Sequence record: NC_061421.1
Reading direction: 5' to 3' (one strand)
Length of the DNA stretch: 64,000 nucleotides
Shown: piece by piece, positions 47,880-56,388 of the stretch
Numbering within the stretch: position 1 is the stretch's first letter
How the letters are laid out: every line of letters starts with the position of its first letter
Position numbers and translations under genes: made by a program
Notes under the pieces: generated by a model
What the model saw: the letters and a program-made list of their open reading frames with translations, nothing else
Told to the model about the DNA's origin: nothing
The model's database searches: none

Positions 47880-48524
47880 ATGTTTGATAAAAACTCAGCA
47901 CTTAAGTTACAACAGTCCCTTAAAACCGCAGGTTTCGACCCTAAAGGAATCGACGGTTTGTGGGGTACAAATTCCCAAAAGGCTTTAGATGCATCGTTCG
48001 CTAAATACGACATTGCATGGAGTAAAAGAGTCGCCCCTGAATTTGTGGCAAAAGTAAAAGACATTGTTTCGAAAATTGGTGGAGATCCCAGCCACTTAAT
48101 GTCATGTATGGCATTCGAAACCGGTCGTACATTTAGCCCCACTATTCAGAATGGAGCCGGTGCTCCTTACTACGGACTTATTCAGGGCGGTGCTGCATTC
48201 TGTAAGGATGTAGGAATTACGCTGGATCAGTGGAGAGGTATGACAGCCTTACAACAGCTTGATTACGTCTATAAATGGTATCTTCCGTACAAAGGAAAAC
48301 TTGAAGACCTTCCATCATGGTACATGCGCATACTCTGGCCGGTCGCAGTTAACAAACCCGACACGTACGTGTTATGGGACAATAAGACACGACCAACCAC
48401 ATACGCGCAGAATAAAGGACTGGATGTGAACAAGGATGGCGTTATTACTCGAGCAGAAGTATCAAAAGTTATTTACAACATGTATGCGGAAGGTTGTTTG
48501 ATCGAGAACCGCCGACCGCTTTAA
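47880..48524 (+). CDS. modular endolysin: N-terminal peptidoglycan-binding domain plus lysozyme-like catalytic domain with EF-hand-like loop
   Basis: 214 aa; LQQSLKTAGFDPKGIDGLWGTNSQKAL (PG_binding_1), MAFETGRTFSP...GLIQ, DVNKDGVITRAE. Confidence 0.85.
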   Translation: MFDKNSALKLQQSLKTAGFDPKGIDGLWGTNSQKALDASFAKYDIAWSKRVAPEFVAKVKDIVSKIGGDPSHLMSCMAFETGRTFSPTIQNGAGAPYYGLIQGGAAFCKDVGITLDQWRGMTALQQLDYVYKWYLPYKGKLEDLPSWYMRILWPVAVNKPDTYVLWDNKTRPTTYAQNKGLDVNKDGVITRAEVSKVIYNMYAEGCLIENRRPL

Positions 48525-48534
48525 GCGAGGCGTT

Positions 48535-48648
48535 ATGGGAGCAACTACCCTGTCGGGTGGAGATGTATTGATTATTTGCGCCGGAATCCTTATTACCATG
48601 GCTGCAACAGCATTCGTTCTTTCACTCTTGTTCGACGATAAAAAATAA
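48535..48648 (+). CDS. 37-aa single-TM protein downstream of endolysin (not in ORF track)
   Basis: GAGG RBS; MGATTLSGGDVLIICAGILITMAATAFVLSLLFDDKK; shares terminator with the endolysin. Confidence 0.6.
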   Translation: MGATTLSGGDVLIICAGILITMAATAFVLSLLFDDKK

Positions 48649-48662
48649 AAAGATAAAGTACA

Positions 48663-48692
48663 CAGAGGAGAGAGCCTAGGCTCTCTCCTCTG
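48663..48692. terminator. terminator between convergent genes
   Basis: perfect palindrome CAGAGGAGAGAGCCTAGGCTCTCTCCTCTG. Confidence 0.75.
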
Positions 48693-48702
48693 GTTTTGTC
48701 AC

Positions 48703-49299
48703 TCAACTTAAATGCTTAATTGCGAGATCAAACATTTTTTGCTTTACATCATCGAACCCGTAAAGACGTTGATAGGCGGTTTGGTTTTGATTCCAAAGTT
48801 TGTCCATTAAGAAGACATTGCTCACTTCAGAAGCGTCAGTACCGCCCCAATGCGGATTATCATCAAAGAGATAATAATCATACCCTTTTAAGTTGGCGTC
48901 CAGCCAAGTCTTTTTACAGGGGACTTTCTCAGGGTCTAAGAAGACCCCTTCCATTTCAACGCCAAGGCGGTCAAACTGCCGCTGCGTAAATTCAGCAGCG
49001 CGAGGGTGATACCCGCGGTGCGTAGCGAACATCGTTTGTAGGCGCGCTCCAAAGACCGTTTGCATTTCTTTAATCAAAGCAGGAAGAGCTTCAAAACCAG
49101 GCACCCAGTCCGCGTGTTCCATGAACGAACCGTCTTCTAAAACCGCCTTGAGGAAAGGAGCCTCAAACGGATCCGTACGCGAAAGTCGATTTTTCCAAAC
49201 CAGCCCGCAGTTAAACGTATCGTTAATCCAGCGTGTCATGGCTTTTTCGGTTTCAAACTTGGTGTCATCCAAGTCAAACACGAACATTACTTTTTTCAC
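48703..49299 (-). CDS. HAD-superfamily phosphatase (5'(3')-deoxyribonucleotidase-like)
   Basis: 198 aa; motif I FDLDDT, motif II ATHR, Lys, motif IV LFDDNP. Confidence 0.8.
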   Translation of the reverse strand: MKKVMFVFDLDDTKFETEKAMTRWINDTFNCGLVWKNRLSRTDPFEAPFLKAVLEDGSFMEHADWVPGFEALPALIKEMQTVFGARLQTMFATHRGYHPRAAEFTQRQFDRLGVEMEGVFLDPEKVPCKKTWLDANLKGYDYYLFDDNPHWGGTDASEVSNVFLMDKLWNQNQTAYQRLYGFDDVKQKMFDLAIKHLS

Positions 49300-49799
49300 G
49301 ATTTAAGTTTCCTTTGCAGATAAAGATCCAGTGAATCTTTGAGTTTTTCCAAATACTGCTGACAAGAACTGGATAACGTGATTTTCCCACTGGGGCCGGA
49401 AATTGTCAATAGACCGTAGGATAGGGATAATACGTTAAACGCAGCCAGATCCACCAGAATCGTGTGCGAACCCCAAGACACAATAATCTCCAAGTCTTGT
49501 ACAAAACGCGTTTTGGGGGCTTCTGAGGAGTTCTCGTAGACATTCTCGTGAAGTTTGTAGTCACTCCATTGTGCAGTGATGTACTCGTACACAGTTTCCG
49601 CTTCAAAGATGTCATCAGTTTCGATATTGATATTAACATCATCGTAGTTACGTACATTGACGTACGTAGACGGACAGACAAGACCTACGCTCTGGCCTTT
49701 TTTAACAAACTTGATCTTTTCCAGATCTACGTAAAACGTCCCTTTAGCCGTTGTGATAAACAACGTAGTATTATTGATTCTCTGGAGTATTGAATTCAT
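49296..49799 (-). CDS. hypothetical protein
   Basis: 167 aa. Confidence 0.7.
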   Translation of the reverse strand: MNSILQRINNTTLFITTAKGTFYVDLEKIKFVKKGQSVGLVCPSTYVNVRNYDDVNINIETDDIFEAETVYEYITAQWSDYKLHENVYENSSEAPKTRFVQDLEIIVSWGSHTILVDLAAFNVLSLSYGLLTISGPSGKITLSSSCQQYLEKLKDSLDLYLQRKLKS

Positions 49800-50715
49800 T
49801 GTTACTTACCTTATTGATGTTTTGGAGAATAAGTGCGTGTAAAATATCAAACGAAACAGGGTAATCAAAGACCCCGCCCGCAGCGTCGGGGTGCCCACCG
49901 CCGTTAAAGTCGTGTGCGAGTCTTTGCGCCCAACCCGTCCCTTTACGAGAACGGAAAGAAAGACCTAAACCTTTTTTGTTTAACGTTACGTTTACAACGA
50001 GGTCTACGTCATCTCTTTTTGCTAACAGCATCGAGGCTGCCTCAGATGCGTAATAGTACGGTGCCGAAAGATAAACCGCAGTAAACTGGAAAACGCCATT
50101 TGTTTCCACCGGGAAACATACTTTTTTATCGAGATGAAACGTGATATTTTTATTTCTGGATTCGATGAGTAAATCAACGACAGGTCGGATTTCCGCCTCC
50201 ACTCTTTCTTTGCTATACTCTAGCAGCGCGTTGAACGGCGGGAAGATATCTTCTTTGTTACCCTTCTTCAGGAAACGAACGAAGTACTCGTGATATTCCC
50301 GTTCACTGTCCGTAGCAATCCACAAATCTCGATTGTTAATCAAACGAATAACTTCCGGCATCTCGCCGTGGTTCAAATACTTCCAGGTTAAACCAGAACC
50401 AGCCAGATTACGATCAAAGTGAACGATAGTACCGGGGAAGATTGATCGGATGGTTTTACAATCCTCTTCTTTATCGTCGTGGTGATCGAGGATAACCAAT
50501 CCGCCTAATAAATGTTTGTTTTCTTCTACCCATTCTACCGGCGGGGTGAAATCGAGGAAATGAGCGTAGTGCTTTTTACCTTCCTCAAGTTTTGGCATGG
50601 CGCGGTAGTTTACCGGAACAAATGTCGGTTTGTCAGAGTACTTGTAGAAAAGTGCCGCTGCCGCGAAACCATCCATGCAAAGATCGTGATAAAAAACAAT
50701 TAATTCAGTTTCCAT
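49771..50715 (-). CDS. DHH/DHHA1-family phosphoesterase
   Basis: 314 aa; YHDLCMDG, FLDF, ILDHH, GGGHPDAAG. Confidence 0.9.
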   Translation of the reverse strand: METELIVFYHDLCMDGFAAAALFYKYSDKPTFVPVNYRAMPKLEEGKKHYAHFLDFTPPVEWVEENKHLLGGLVILDHHDDKEEDCKTIRSIFPGTIVHFDRNLAGSGLTWKYLNHGEMPEVIRLINNRDLWIATDSEREYHEYFVRFLKKGNKEDIFPPFNALLEYSKERVEAEIRPVVDLLIESRNKNITFHLDKKVCFPVETNGVFQFTAVYLSAPYYYASEAASMLLAKRDDVDLVVNVTLNKKGLGLSFRSRKGTGWAQRLAHDFNGGGHPDAAGGVFDYPVSFDILHALILQNINKVSNNEFNTPENQ

Positions 50716-50770
50716 TTTACTTCCTCAACAAAAAAATAAATTAGGGGAGAATTTTCTCCCCTAATAGAGT

Positions 50771-51019
50771 TTAGACTATTTTCAATATCTGGCGATGGTA
50801 ATAACGCTCAGTCAGTGCATTCAGTGAAAATTCTGCACTTTCAGGACGCGCAATAAAATCATCGCAAACCTTCTGGGTTTCTTCAAAGACCAGACGCTTA
50901 CGAATACGTTCTGCAACACGCCGTACCATTTTGGCTTTACCTTTGTGTTCCCGAAACCCGATAGCCAAAGTGACTAACAAATCGATCATCTCATGATCGA
51001 GAGCGATATTTCTGCTCAT
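50771..51019 (-). CDS. hypothetical protein
   Basis: ATG 51019 in ATGA overlap with the upstream stop; 82 aa. Confidence 0.7.
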   Translation of the reverse strand: MSRNIALDHEMIDLLVTLAIGFREHKGKAKMVRRVAERIRKRLVFEETQKVCDDFIARPESAEFSLNALTERYYHRQILKIV

Positions 51020-51366
51020 CCGGCAATATCTACATTTGAGTAGAGAACGGAACAAGTGTCGTCGCCGTCGAAGACCACGCCAGATTCATTCATCCATTTA
51101 GTTTCGCTTTTAGATTTTTTATCCCGGAAAGACGCGGTGGTATAAACTTTATACCCCGGAGTTTGAGCTTCTCCTTCCATAGCGCTCAAGGGACTGGGTT
51201 TACTGCGGAGTACAGCTACTGAAACGGTCTTGGTGTCCACAGTAGGGAAAGTCGCCACAGCTTCCTTAACTGCATTTTGTACTCGGGAGATACAGGCCGC
51301 ATTCGGCGCTGCGATTGCTTGGTTGATTGTCAGGGATGCAATAGCCAGCAGAATAATTTTTTTCAT
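51016..51366 (-). CDS. exported protein with signal peptide and Cys pair
   Basis: MKKIILLAIASLTINQAIA|A; AAGGAG RBS. Confidence 0.8.
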   Translation of the reverse strand: MKKIILLAIASLTINQAIAAPNAACISRVQNAVKEAVATFPTVDTKTVSVAVLRSKPSPLSAMEGEAQTPGYKVYTTASFRDKKSKSETKWMNESGVVFDGDDTCSVLYSNVDIAG

Positions 51367-51466
51367 TGTTTTCTCCTTCTAAAACGCGGTTCATCTGTTC
51401 GGTGTTTAAGTTCAAGCCAATTTCACTCATAGCACGAAAGAAATCGACATCGTTAATTTTGTTCAT
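51266..51466 (-). CDS. small hypothetical protein
   Basis: 66 aa; ATGA-coupled to the upstream gene but overlaps the next gene by 100 nt. Confidence 0.45.
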   Translation of the reverse strand: MNKINDVDFFRAMSEIGLNLNTEQMNRVLEGENNEKNYSAGYCIPDNQPSNRSAECGLYLPSTKCS

Positions 51467-51864
51467 TCAGTGATCACAAAGGTGTTTTCAGAAAACGGAC
51501 GGAGGTTACCTCGTTCAATCCAATACCCGTAATTCAAGAGTGAATCAAACCATCTGAGTATAGGTTGAGCTAGAGAGTGTATTTCTATTTCTTCAATGAT
51601 CGTTAACCAATTCGTCTCAACTTCAATATCAAGTAAATATCCTTCGTAGTCGCAGTTGAGTACATCGTAGAGCGTCTCAGCAAAGAGATTTACATCGATG
51701 TCAAGATAATGAAGATCGTTTCGGGAAAGTATTCGTAGTGTATCGTATATTGGACAGAGCGTCTCAAAAAAGAGCATCGCATGATTTTTTGAGAGCACCC
51801 TAATAAAGAAAGGATATTCTACGTAGACCCTTTTACGCCGTGTTCCCGTAGAATTGTAAGTCAT
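51463..51864 (-). CDS. small acidic protein resembling the 20-24 kb array members
   Basis: 133 aa; same N-strand, helical core and C-terminal strand architecture. Confidence 0.7.
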   Translation of the reverse strand: MTYNSTGTRRKRVYVEYPFFIRVLSKNHAMLFFETLCPIYDTLRILSRNDLHYLDIDVNLFAETLYDVLNCDYEGYLLDIEVETNWLTIIEEIEIHSLAQPILRWFDSLLNYGYWIERGNLRPFSENTFVITE

Positions 51865-52072
51865 CGGGCCGCCGCTCCTTCAATTCACGTAAAAGGACGG
51901 TCAGTGGCGCCGGGGATAATGCGACTTTTCCCAGCCACGAATAACAGTCGTTCTCTTTTACGGTTAGTCTGACAAAACGCGCTGTTGTTTTAATGGCATT
52001 TTGTGTTTTATGTATAGCGTATGCCAACTGCAATGTCAGTAGGATATCGTCCCATTCTGTTTCATTTCCCAT
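51833..52072 (-). CDS. hypothetical protein
   Basis: 79 aa. Confidence 0.65.
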   Translation of the reverse strand: MGNETEWDDILLTLQLAYAIHKTQNAIKTTARFVRLTVKENDCYSWLGKVALSPAPLTVLLRELKERRPDDLQFYGNTA

Positions 52073-52074
52073 TT

Positions 52075-52485
52075 TTAACCTCTGTCGATAGTGAAAATAT
52101 CAAAACCAAAAAACCCGGGGGCGTCTTTGTTCTGTTCACCAAGGCGCCAGTAGTCGTTAAACGCCCGACGACGGATTCTTAACACTCCCTCGAACGCGAC
52201 CAAAGTAGGGTCAGTAAAAAGGAGATTGGCTTTGATTCCTTTCTCCGTAAGTCGGAAATTAGTGAAGAGGTGAGTCGGCTCTTTAAATTTCCTGTAACGC
52301 AGATAAAATTGATCAAAGGTCTCAGTGTGTTTCTTATCCAAAGAAGGATTGAGTTCGCCTTTTAGACTTTCTCGTGCTTTGAACGCGCGAAGTAGACGCT
52401 CTAGATCCGTTGGACGCATGAAATCTGGTAAGGGTAAATAAACATCGACAATGTGATCTTGATTAGCGACTTTAAACACAGACAT
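52075..52485 (-). CDS. hypothetical protein, possible degenerate prohead-protease fold
   Basis: 136 aa; LKGELNP...THLFT...FGFD. Confidence 0.7.
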   Translation of the reverse strand: MSVFKVANQDHIVDVYLPLPDFMRPTDLERLLRAFKARESLKGELNPSLDKKHTETFDQFYLRYRKFKEPTHLFTNFRLTEKGIKANLLFTDPTLVAFEGVLRIRRRAFNDYWRLGEQNKDAPGFFGFDIFTIDRG

Positions 52486-52542
52486 TTCCTTTTGTGATGA
52501 TTACAACGAAAAAAGAGGGTGACTACTCACCCTCGAAATAAT

Positions 52543-52725
52543 TTAAATTTTACAAGCCCCGCCTTCACAGTCATCGCTAGCTTCGATTTCCGGTTGGGCT
52601 TCGATGAACGCTTCGTTCTTTGCCGTCGCTGCTTCAACTTCTGCATCGCTGAGCGTAAATGAGTCAAAGTCGAGACTCTCATCTTTGGTACCGCTGAAAC
52701 GGGTACCGGGAACAGGTTGTGCCAT
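52543..52725 (-). CDS. 60-aa acidic protein ending in an NrdA-like redox tail (DDCEGGACKI)
   Basis: AAGGA RBS; hairpins on both sides (about 52509-52535 and 52802-52838); C-terminus nearly matches E. coli NrdA ...DDGCESGACKI. Confidence 0.8.
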   Translation of the reverse strand: MAQPVPGTRFSGTKDESLDFDSFTLSDAEVEAATAKNEAFIEAQPEIEASDDCEGGACKI

Positions 52726-52843
52726 TAGAACTTTTCCTTTTTTAATCCGAGACGTAATGCCTCAAAGAAAGACAAGTAAGACTTAAAAAAGAAAAAGACC
52801 CAGAGGCATAGAGGGTTACAAACCCTCTATGCCTTCTTTGAGA

Positions 52844-53314
52844 TCAATCAAGGTAAAAACATTTCCCGCCTTTGTTCTCCGCTACTAATTTTTTCAGTCC
52901 GTTAGTAGAGAAGACCACGTAGGCATCCGGGTGACCCTCAACGTACAGTTTGAAATTTTTCGCTTTGGTTACCTTAACGGTGTCGAAGAACGCACGCCAG
53001 TTACTGGATCCAACTCTAGAGAGGGGGGTAATCATCTGGTACGTATCCCCAGCTATGTCAATAACCAACGTATAACGGTCATCGGTAGTAGAAAGAGATT
53101 GTCCTTTCGCGTCGGTCAGGAAAAGCGCCTGATCTGGCCAGTTGTCACCGGTATCGCGACACGAGAACGACAGTGAATAACCGTCTGTACTTTCGGTATA
53201 AAACTCAAGGGTTCCTTGCTGATATGACTCTGTCCAGCGATTCACAACAGCTTGTGAGGCGAAGGACATAAACGCAGAAAGAGCCACCAGTGTTGCAGCG
53301 ATAAATTTTTTCAT
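52844..53314 (-). CDS. exported (periplasmic) hypothetical protein
   Basis: 156 aa; MKKFIAATLVALSAFMSFASQA signal peptide; two Cys. Confidence 0.8.
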   Translation of the reverse strand: MKKFIAATLVALSAFMSFASQAVVNRWTESYQQGTLEFYTESTDGYSLSFSCRDTGDNWPDQALFLTDAKGQSLSTTDDRYTLVIDIAGDTYQMITPLSRVGSSNWRAFFDTVKVTKAKNFKLYVEGHPDAYVVFSTNGLKKLVAENKGGKCFYLD

Positions 53315-53404
53315 GATATTTACCTTTTAGATAGAAGTGTGATTGATTAAAGTGCGGTTTCAGTGGGATGAATCTATAAGAGCGCTTTGCGACTCGGTGA
53401 AGAC

Positions 53405-53683
53405 TTACGCGTAGTACCAGTATCTTCTTTCAGATTCGAGTAAAGAAACCAGAATGAAGCGGAAAAATATACTCATCAAATAACAAATCAGACAAGTTAA
53501 CTTTACCCCGTAAGATGTCCAGTCGCGAAGAGTTCTGACTAAGCGACCTTTCCAGGAATTGTCGAACAATATAGCATCTTTCGCGGCGAATTTTGCCAAT
53601 TGCCAATTAGCAATAAAGAGCAGAGTACCCAGTATCAGCAAAACTATTAACGCAACGAAGGTGATTAACAATAAAGTTTCCAT
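53405..53683 (-). CDS. membrane protein
   Basis: 92 aa, two hydrophobic segments, AAGGA RBS. Confidence 0.75.
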   Translation of the reverse strand: METLLLITFVALIVLLILGTLLFIANWQLAKFAAKDAILFDNSWKGRLVRTLRDWTSYGVKLTCLICYLMSIFFRFILVSLLESERRYWYYA

Positions 53684-53715
53684 GGAAATGTCCTTAGCGA
53701 AGGGAGAAATGTCTT

Positions 53716-54054
53716 TTAGATGTATTTGAGGTCGTCTGTGTCTTCGCGCATCTGGCGGAGGCGTTCACCTCGCGAACTGTAATAGTTTCGACGAAGTCTG
53801 CGACGATCTTTACGGTTTTGTTGGTAACTAGGTTCAGTTATCAACGTTTCGACAAAAGGTGGTGATTCAGATTCTACCGGTGCAACGACAGTTTCCTCTT
53901 CAGTAAACCCGTTTTCCATTACAGGGGAAACAGGTTCAATTTCAGGGGCAGTGTTAACTTTCTTTTCTGCCGCTGCGCTTTTGTTATTGGCAAAGTACCA
54001 AAAGAGCATTGCCAACAAAGTTATAAGCAGAACGATAGCTATTGTTTCGATCAT
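53716..54054 (-). CDS. N-anchored membrane protein with acidic linker and Arg-rich tail
   Basis: ATG 54054 with AAGGAG RBS (ORF track from 54099). Confidence 0.75.
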   Translation of the reverse strand: MIETIAIVLLITLLAMLFWYFANNKSAAAEKKVNTAPEIEPVSPVMENGFTEEETVVAPVESESPPFVETLITEPSYQQNRKDRRRLRRNYYSSRGERLRQMREDTDDLKYI

Positions 54055-54074
54055 TGGAGTACTCCTTTTAGTAA

Positions 54075-54635
54075 CTATGCGAATGTGGTTTCTGTACAAG
54101 AAAAACCATAGTGTTTATCATTAGGCCGAGTTCCGACCTTTTTCTTTTTGATCGCCTGGCGTCTGTTGTAACGGATTTGACGATACCGTAGTTTAACTAC
54201 CCATACGTAAAGGTTCTTAAGAATAAAGGACCCTGCAATTAATCCAGATCCCAGCATAACTGCTTTTGCCAACGGATGGGGTATGAAGTAGTTATAACTG
54301 AAGGCCAAAGTCGCGGCGGTGCCTGTGATGACATAGATGGGGATTTCAGAGCACATCGCTTGGTTGAGTTGATAATATTCAAGTAGCTCGCGAATAATCT
54401 TAATCTTTTCGGCGTCGATTTCTTTTTCAGCCGGGAAGAAATAACGAATAACCGCGTTTGCATCCAATCCAACCGTGTCAATGAATCTAGCCCAGTTTTC
54501 TTTCCCGGCGAGTACGTTGATAACTCGAATTACCGCAACCAAGAGTTCGCTATGTTTAGCGGAACACTTTATTGCCGACAATACAGAGTCCACATCTTCC
54601 CAAGCGCGCCGGTAATCCATCGATCGTTTTTTCAT
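54075..54635 (-). CDS. membrane protein
   Basis: 186 aa, two C-terminal TM segments. Confidence 0.7.
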   Translation of the reverse strand: MKKRSMDYRRAWEDVDSVLSAIKCSAKHSELLVAVIRVINVLAGKENWARFIDTVGLDANAVIRYFFPAEKEIDAEKIKIIRELLEYYQLNQAMCSEIPIYVITGTAATLAFSYNYFIPHPLAKAVMLGSGLIAGSFILKNLYVWVVKLRYRQIRYNRRQAIKKKKVGTRPNDKHYGFSCTETTFA

Positions 54636-54946
54636 TTAGCTTCTTCCAGAATAACGTTGACCCGACTTTCGCGTTTGATAGCCCAGGTTAAGATAACTGC
54701 GTTCAATAACCCAATGACAACAAATGCAACGAAATCAACCGATACCATCACCGCGCCCAGAATACCGATAATGGTCAGAATGGCCAGAAAGGCGTAGTTG
54801 ATAAAGATCATATTCCGAGAACGTTTCTGATACTTCTCTTCGGTTGATTTTTTACCGGCACGAATAAAAGCCACGGTAATGCCGTTGAGGAATAAAGAGA
54901 CAATTCCGAACAGAACGATCGCTACGCAGATTAAAGTGGTTAACAT
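54632..54946 (-). CDS. three-TM membrane protein
   Basis: 104 aa, very hydrophobic. Confidence 0.75.
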   Translation of the reverse strand: MLTTLICVAIVLFGIVSLFLNGITVAFIRAGKKSTEEKYQKRSRNMIFINYAFLAILTIIGILGAVMVSVDFVAFVVIGLLNAVILTWAIKRESRVNVILEEAK

Positions 54947-55339
54947 GATTTTTACCTATTTATTTAGTAAAAGGGTTGAATGAATTTGTCCTCTAAAGAA
55001 GTGTACAAATCGCATAGAGCGATGCCCAAGATCGACCGGTGAACTCACAGCCTTTTATCTTGCAGCGTCGTGTCGTCTCAGAGAGTGTTTACTACGGCCT
55101 ACGATTCATAATCTCAGACATAACTCGATTTGTTAGTCTAGAGTGAATCGCCCGTCAAAGCCTCGATCTGTTACGGCAACGATAACAACGAATTTTACCA
55201 ATGTACAACTTCTTCTTACGAGATATGAGAGAGTGAGAAAATACACTTTGCTTTAGAATTAAGTAACACTACTTATTTCTAAGCGTTTCATCATAAGCTC
55301 TTCCTTTCAAGTTAAGTGTGCCGAGGGTGGAGTTACTGC

Positions 55340-55687
55340 TTACGCAGTTGCAACGCCAGCTTCGTCAACAGAAGCTTGAGTCGTTTCAACCGGTGCAGTT
55401 ACATCGCCGCTTTCTTTTGGGAAAAGCAGCGCCTTCAGGTTTTTGTAAGTGTCGGTGACGTAGGTCACGATCAGCAGACCCGCTACCATATATGCCGCGA
55501 CTTCGACCGCCAGGCTCAGGAAGAAGATTGCGAAGAAGATCAGGATCGCCATCAGAATCGTGTCGAATACGAAGCTACCTAACGCTTTACCCTTCTCAGT
55601 GATAGAGTAGGTAGTGCTTTCGGTATCGCCTTCAACGACAGTTTCTTTAGCGACGAATTGTGCGAAAAACGATTTGAATTTGTTCAT
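55340..55687 (-). CDS. two-TM membrane protein
   Basis: 115 aa, high-expression codon style, AAGG RBS. Confidence 0.8.
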   Translation of the reverse strand: MNKFKSFFAQFVAKETVVEGDTESTTYSITEKGKALGSFVFDTILMAILIFFAIFFLSLAVEVAAYMVAGLLIVTYVTDTYKNLKALLFPKESGDVTAPVETTQASVDEAGVATA

Positions 55688-55770
55688 GATATTTACCTTT
55701 TAGATGGATTAGATAATAACTGCATTTGAGAGAGTACTACTAACACCGTTGAGAGACGGTGGCCTAGAGC

Positions 55771-55887
55771 TTAAATAAACTGTACTGCCGCGATTACGAT
55801 CAGCGCTAAAATACAAGCTGGGAGGACAGCCAAATCCAGAGCAATAGCCATTGCCCCAGCCCCGAATAAAGAGAGTGCGTTTTTCAT
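55771..55887 (-). CDS. 38-aa hydrophobic peptide (not in ORF track)
   Basis: TAATG coupling; MKNALSLFGAGAMAIALDLAVLPACILALIVIAAVQFI. Confidence 0.55.
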   Translation of the reverse strand: MKNALSLFGAGAMAIALDLAVLPACILALIVIAAVQFI

Positions 55888-56057
55888 TACGCTGGCTCCC
55901 CGTGGTCTGTGTTCATCCATTTTCCGGTATTAGCCTGGGAATCGATGATAGCGCCGACCATACCGGCCACAAAAGCAATAAGAATCGCTGGAACTACTGT
56001 CAGTTCAAACATAGCTGAAACCAACAGAACAATAATTAGCATGATGAAATAAGTCAT
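55887..56057 (-). CDS. 56-aa two-TM membrane protein
   Basis: GAGG RBS before ATG 56057 (MTYFIML); ORF track extends to 56153. Confidence 0.7.
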   Translation of the reverse strand: MTYFIMLIIVLLVSAMFELTVVPAILIAFVAGMVGAIIDSQANTGKWMNTDHGEPA

Positions 56058-56071
56058 TTTAATTACCTCTT

Positions 56072-56230
56072 TTAAAGTTCGTATGAGATTGCCATGATCA
56101 GGAAGAAAGGGGAAAGCGCATACCAGGTAATGACACTTACAACCCCGTAACAAATAGCCATCGGTATACTCACGCCGAAGATGAAAAGAGTGATGAAAAA
56201 TCCCATTAGGAAGATAATTAATTCTTTCAT
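56072..56230 (-). CDS. 52-aa hydrophobic protein (not in ORF track)
   Basis: GAGGA RBS; MKELIIFLMGFFITLFIFGVSIPMAICYGVVSVITWYALSPFFLIMAISYEL. Confidence 0.6.
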   Translation of the reverse strand: MKELIIFLMGFFITLFIFGVSIPMAICYGVVSVITWYALSPFFLIMAISYEL

Positions 56231-56292
56231 ACTTTCCTCTTAGACCTCTTAGGTCAGTAAATGGATGTTTAGTTATCAGAAAAGCGTTATAT

Positions 56293-56344
56293 CTTTCCTA
56301 TTTCACTGTAGCAATATATACATCAAAAAAACTGCATTTCGATT
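56293..56344. repeat. 52-bp divergent-promoter repeat, copy 2
   Basis: 51/52 identical to 34634..34685. Confidence 0.9.
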
Positions 56345-56388
56345 CTTAAGAGTTTTTATGACCCCTTCTACAACACAGGCTCTCTACG

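Noticed and set aside
52543-52725. Possible nrdA pseudogene fragment
   Set aside because: Only the last about 10 residues resemble NrdA; upstream DNA encodes an unrelated exported protein; the ORF has its own RBS and terminator.
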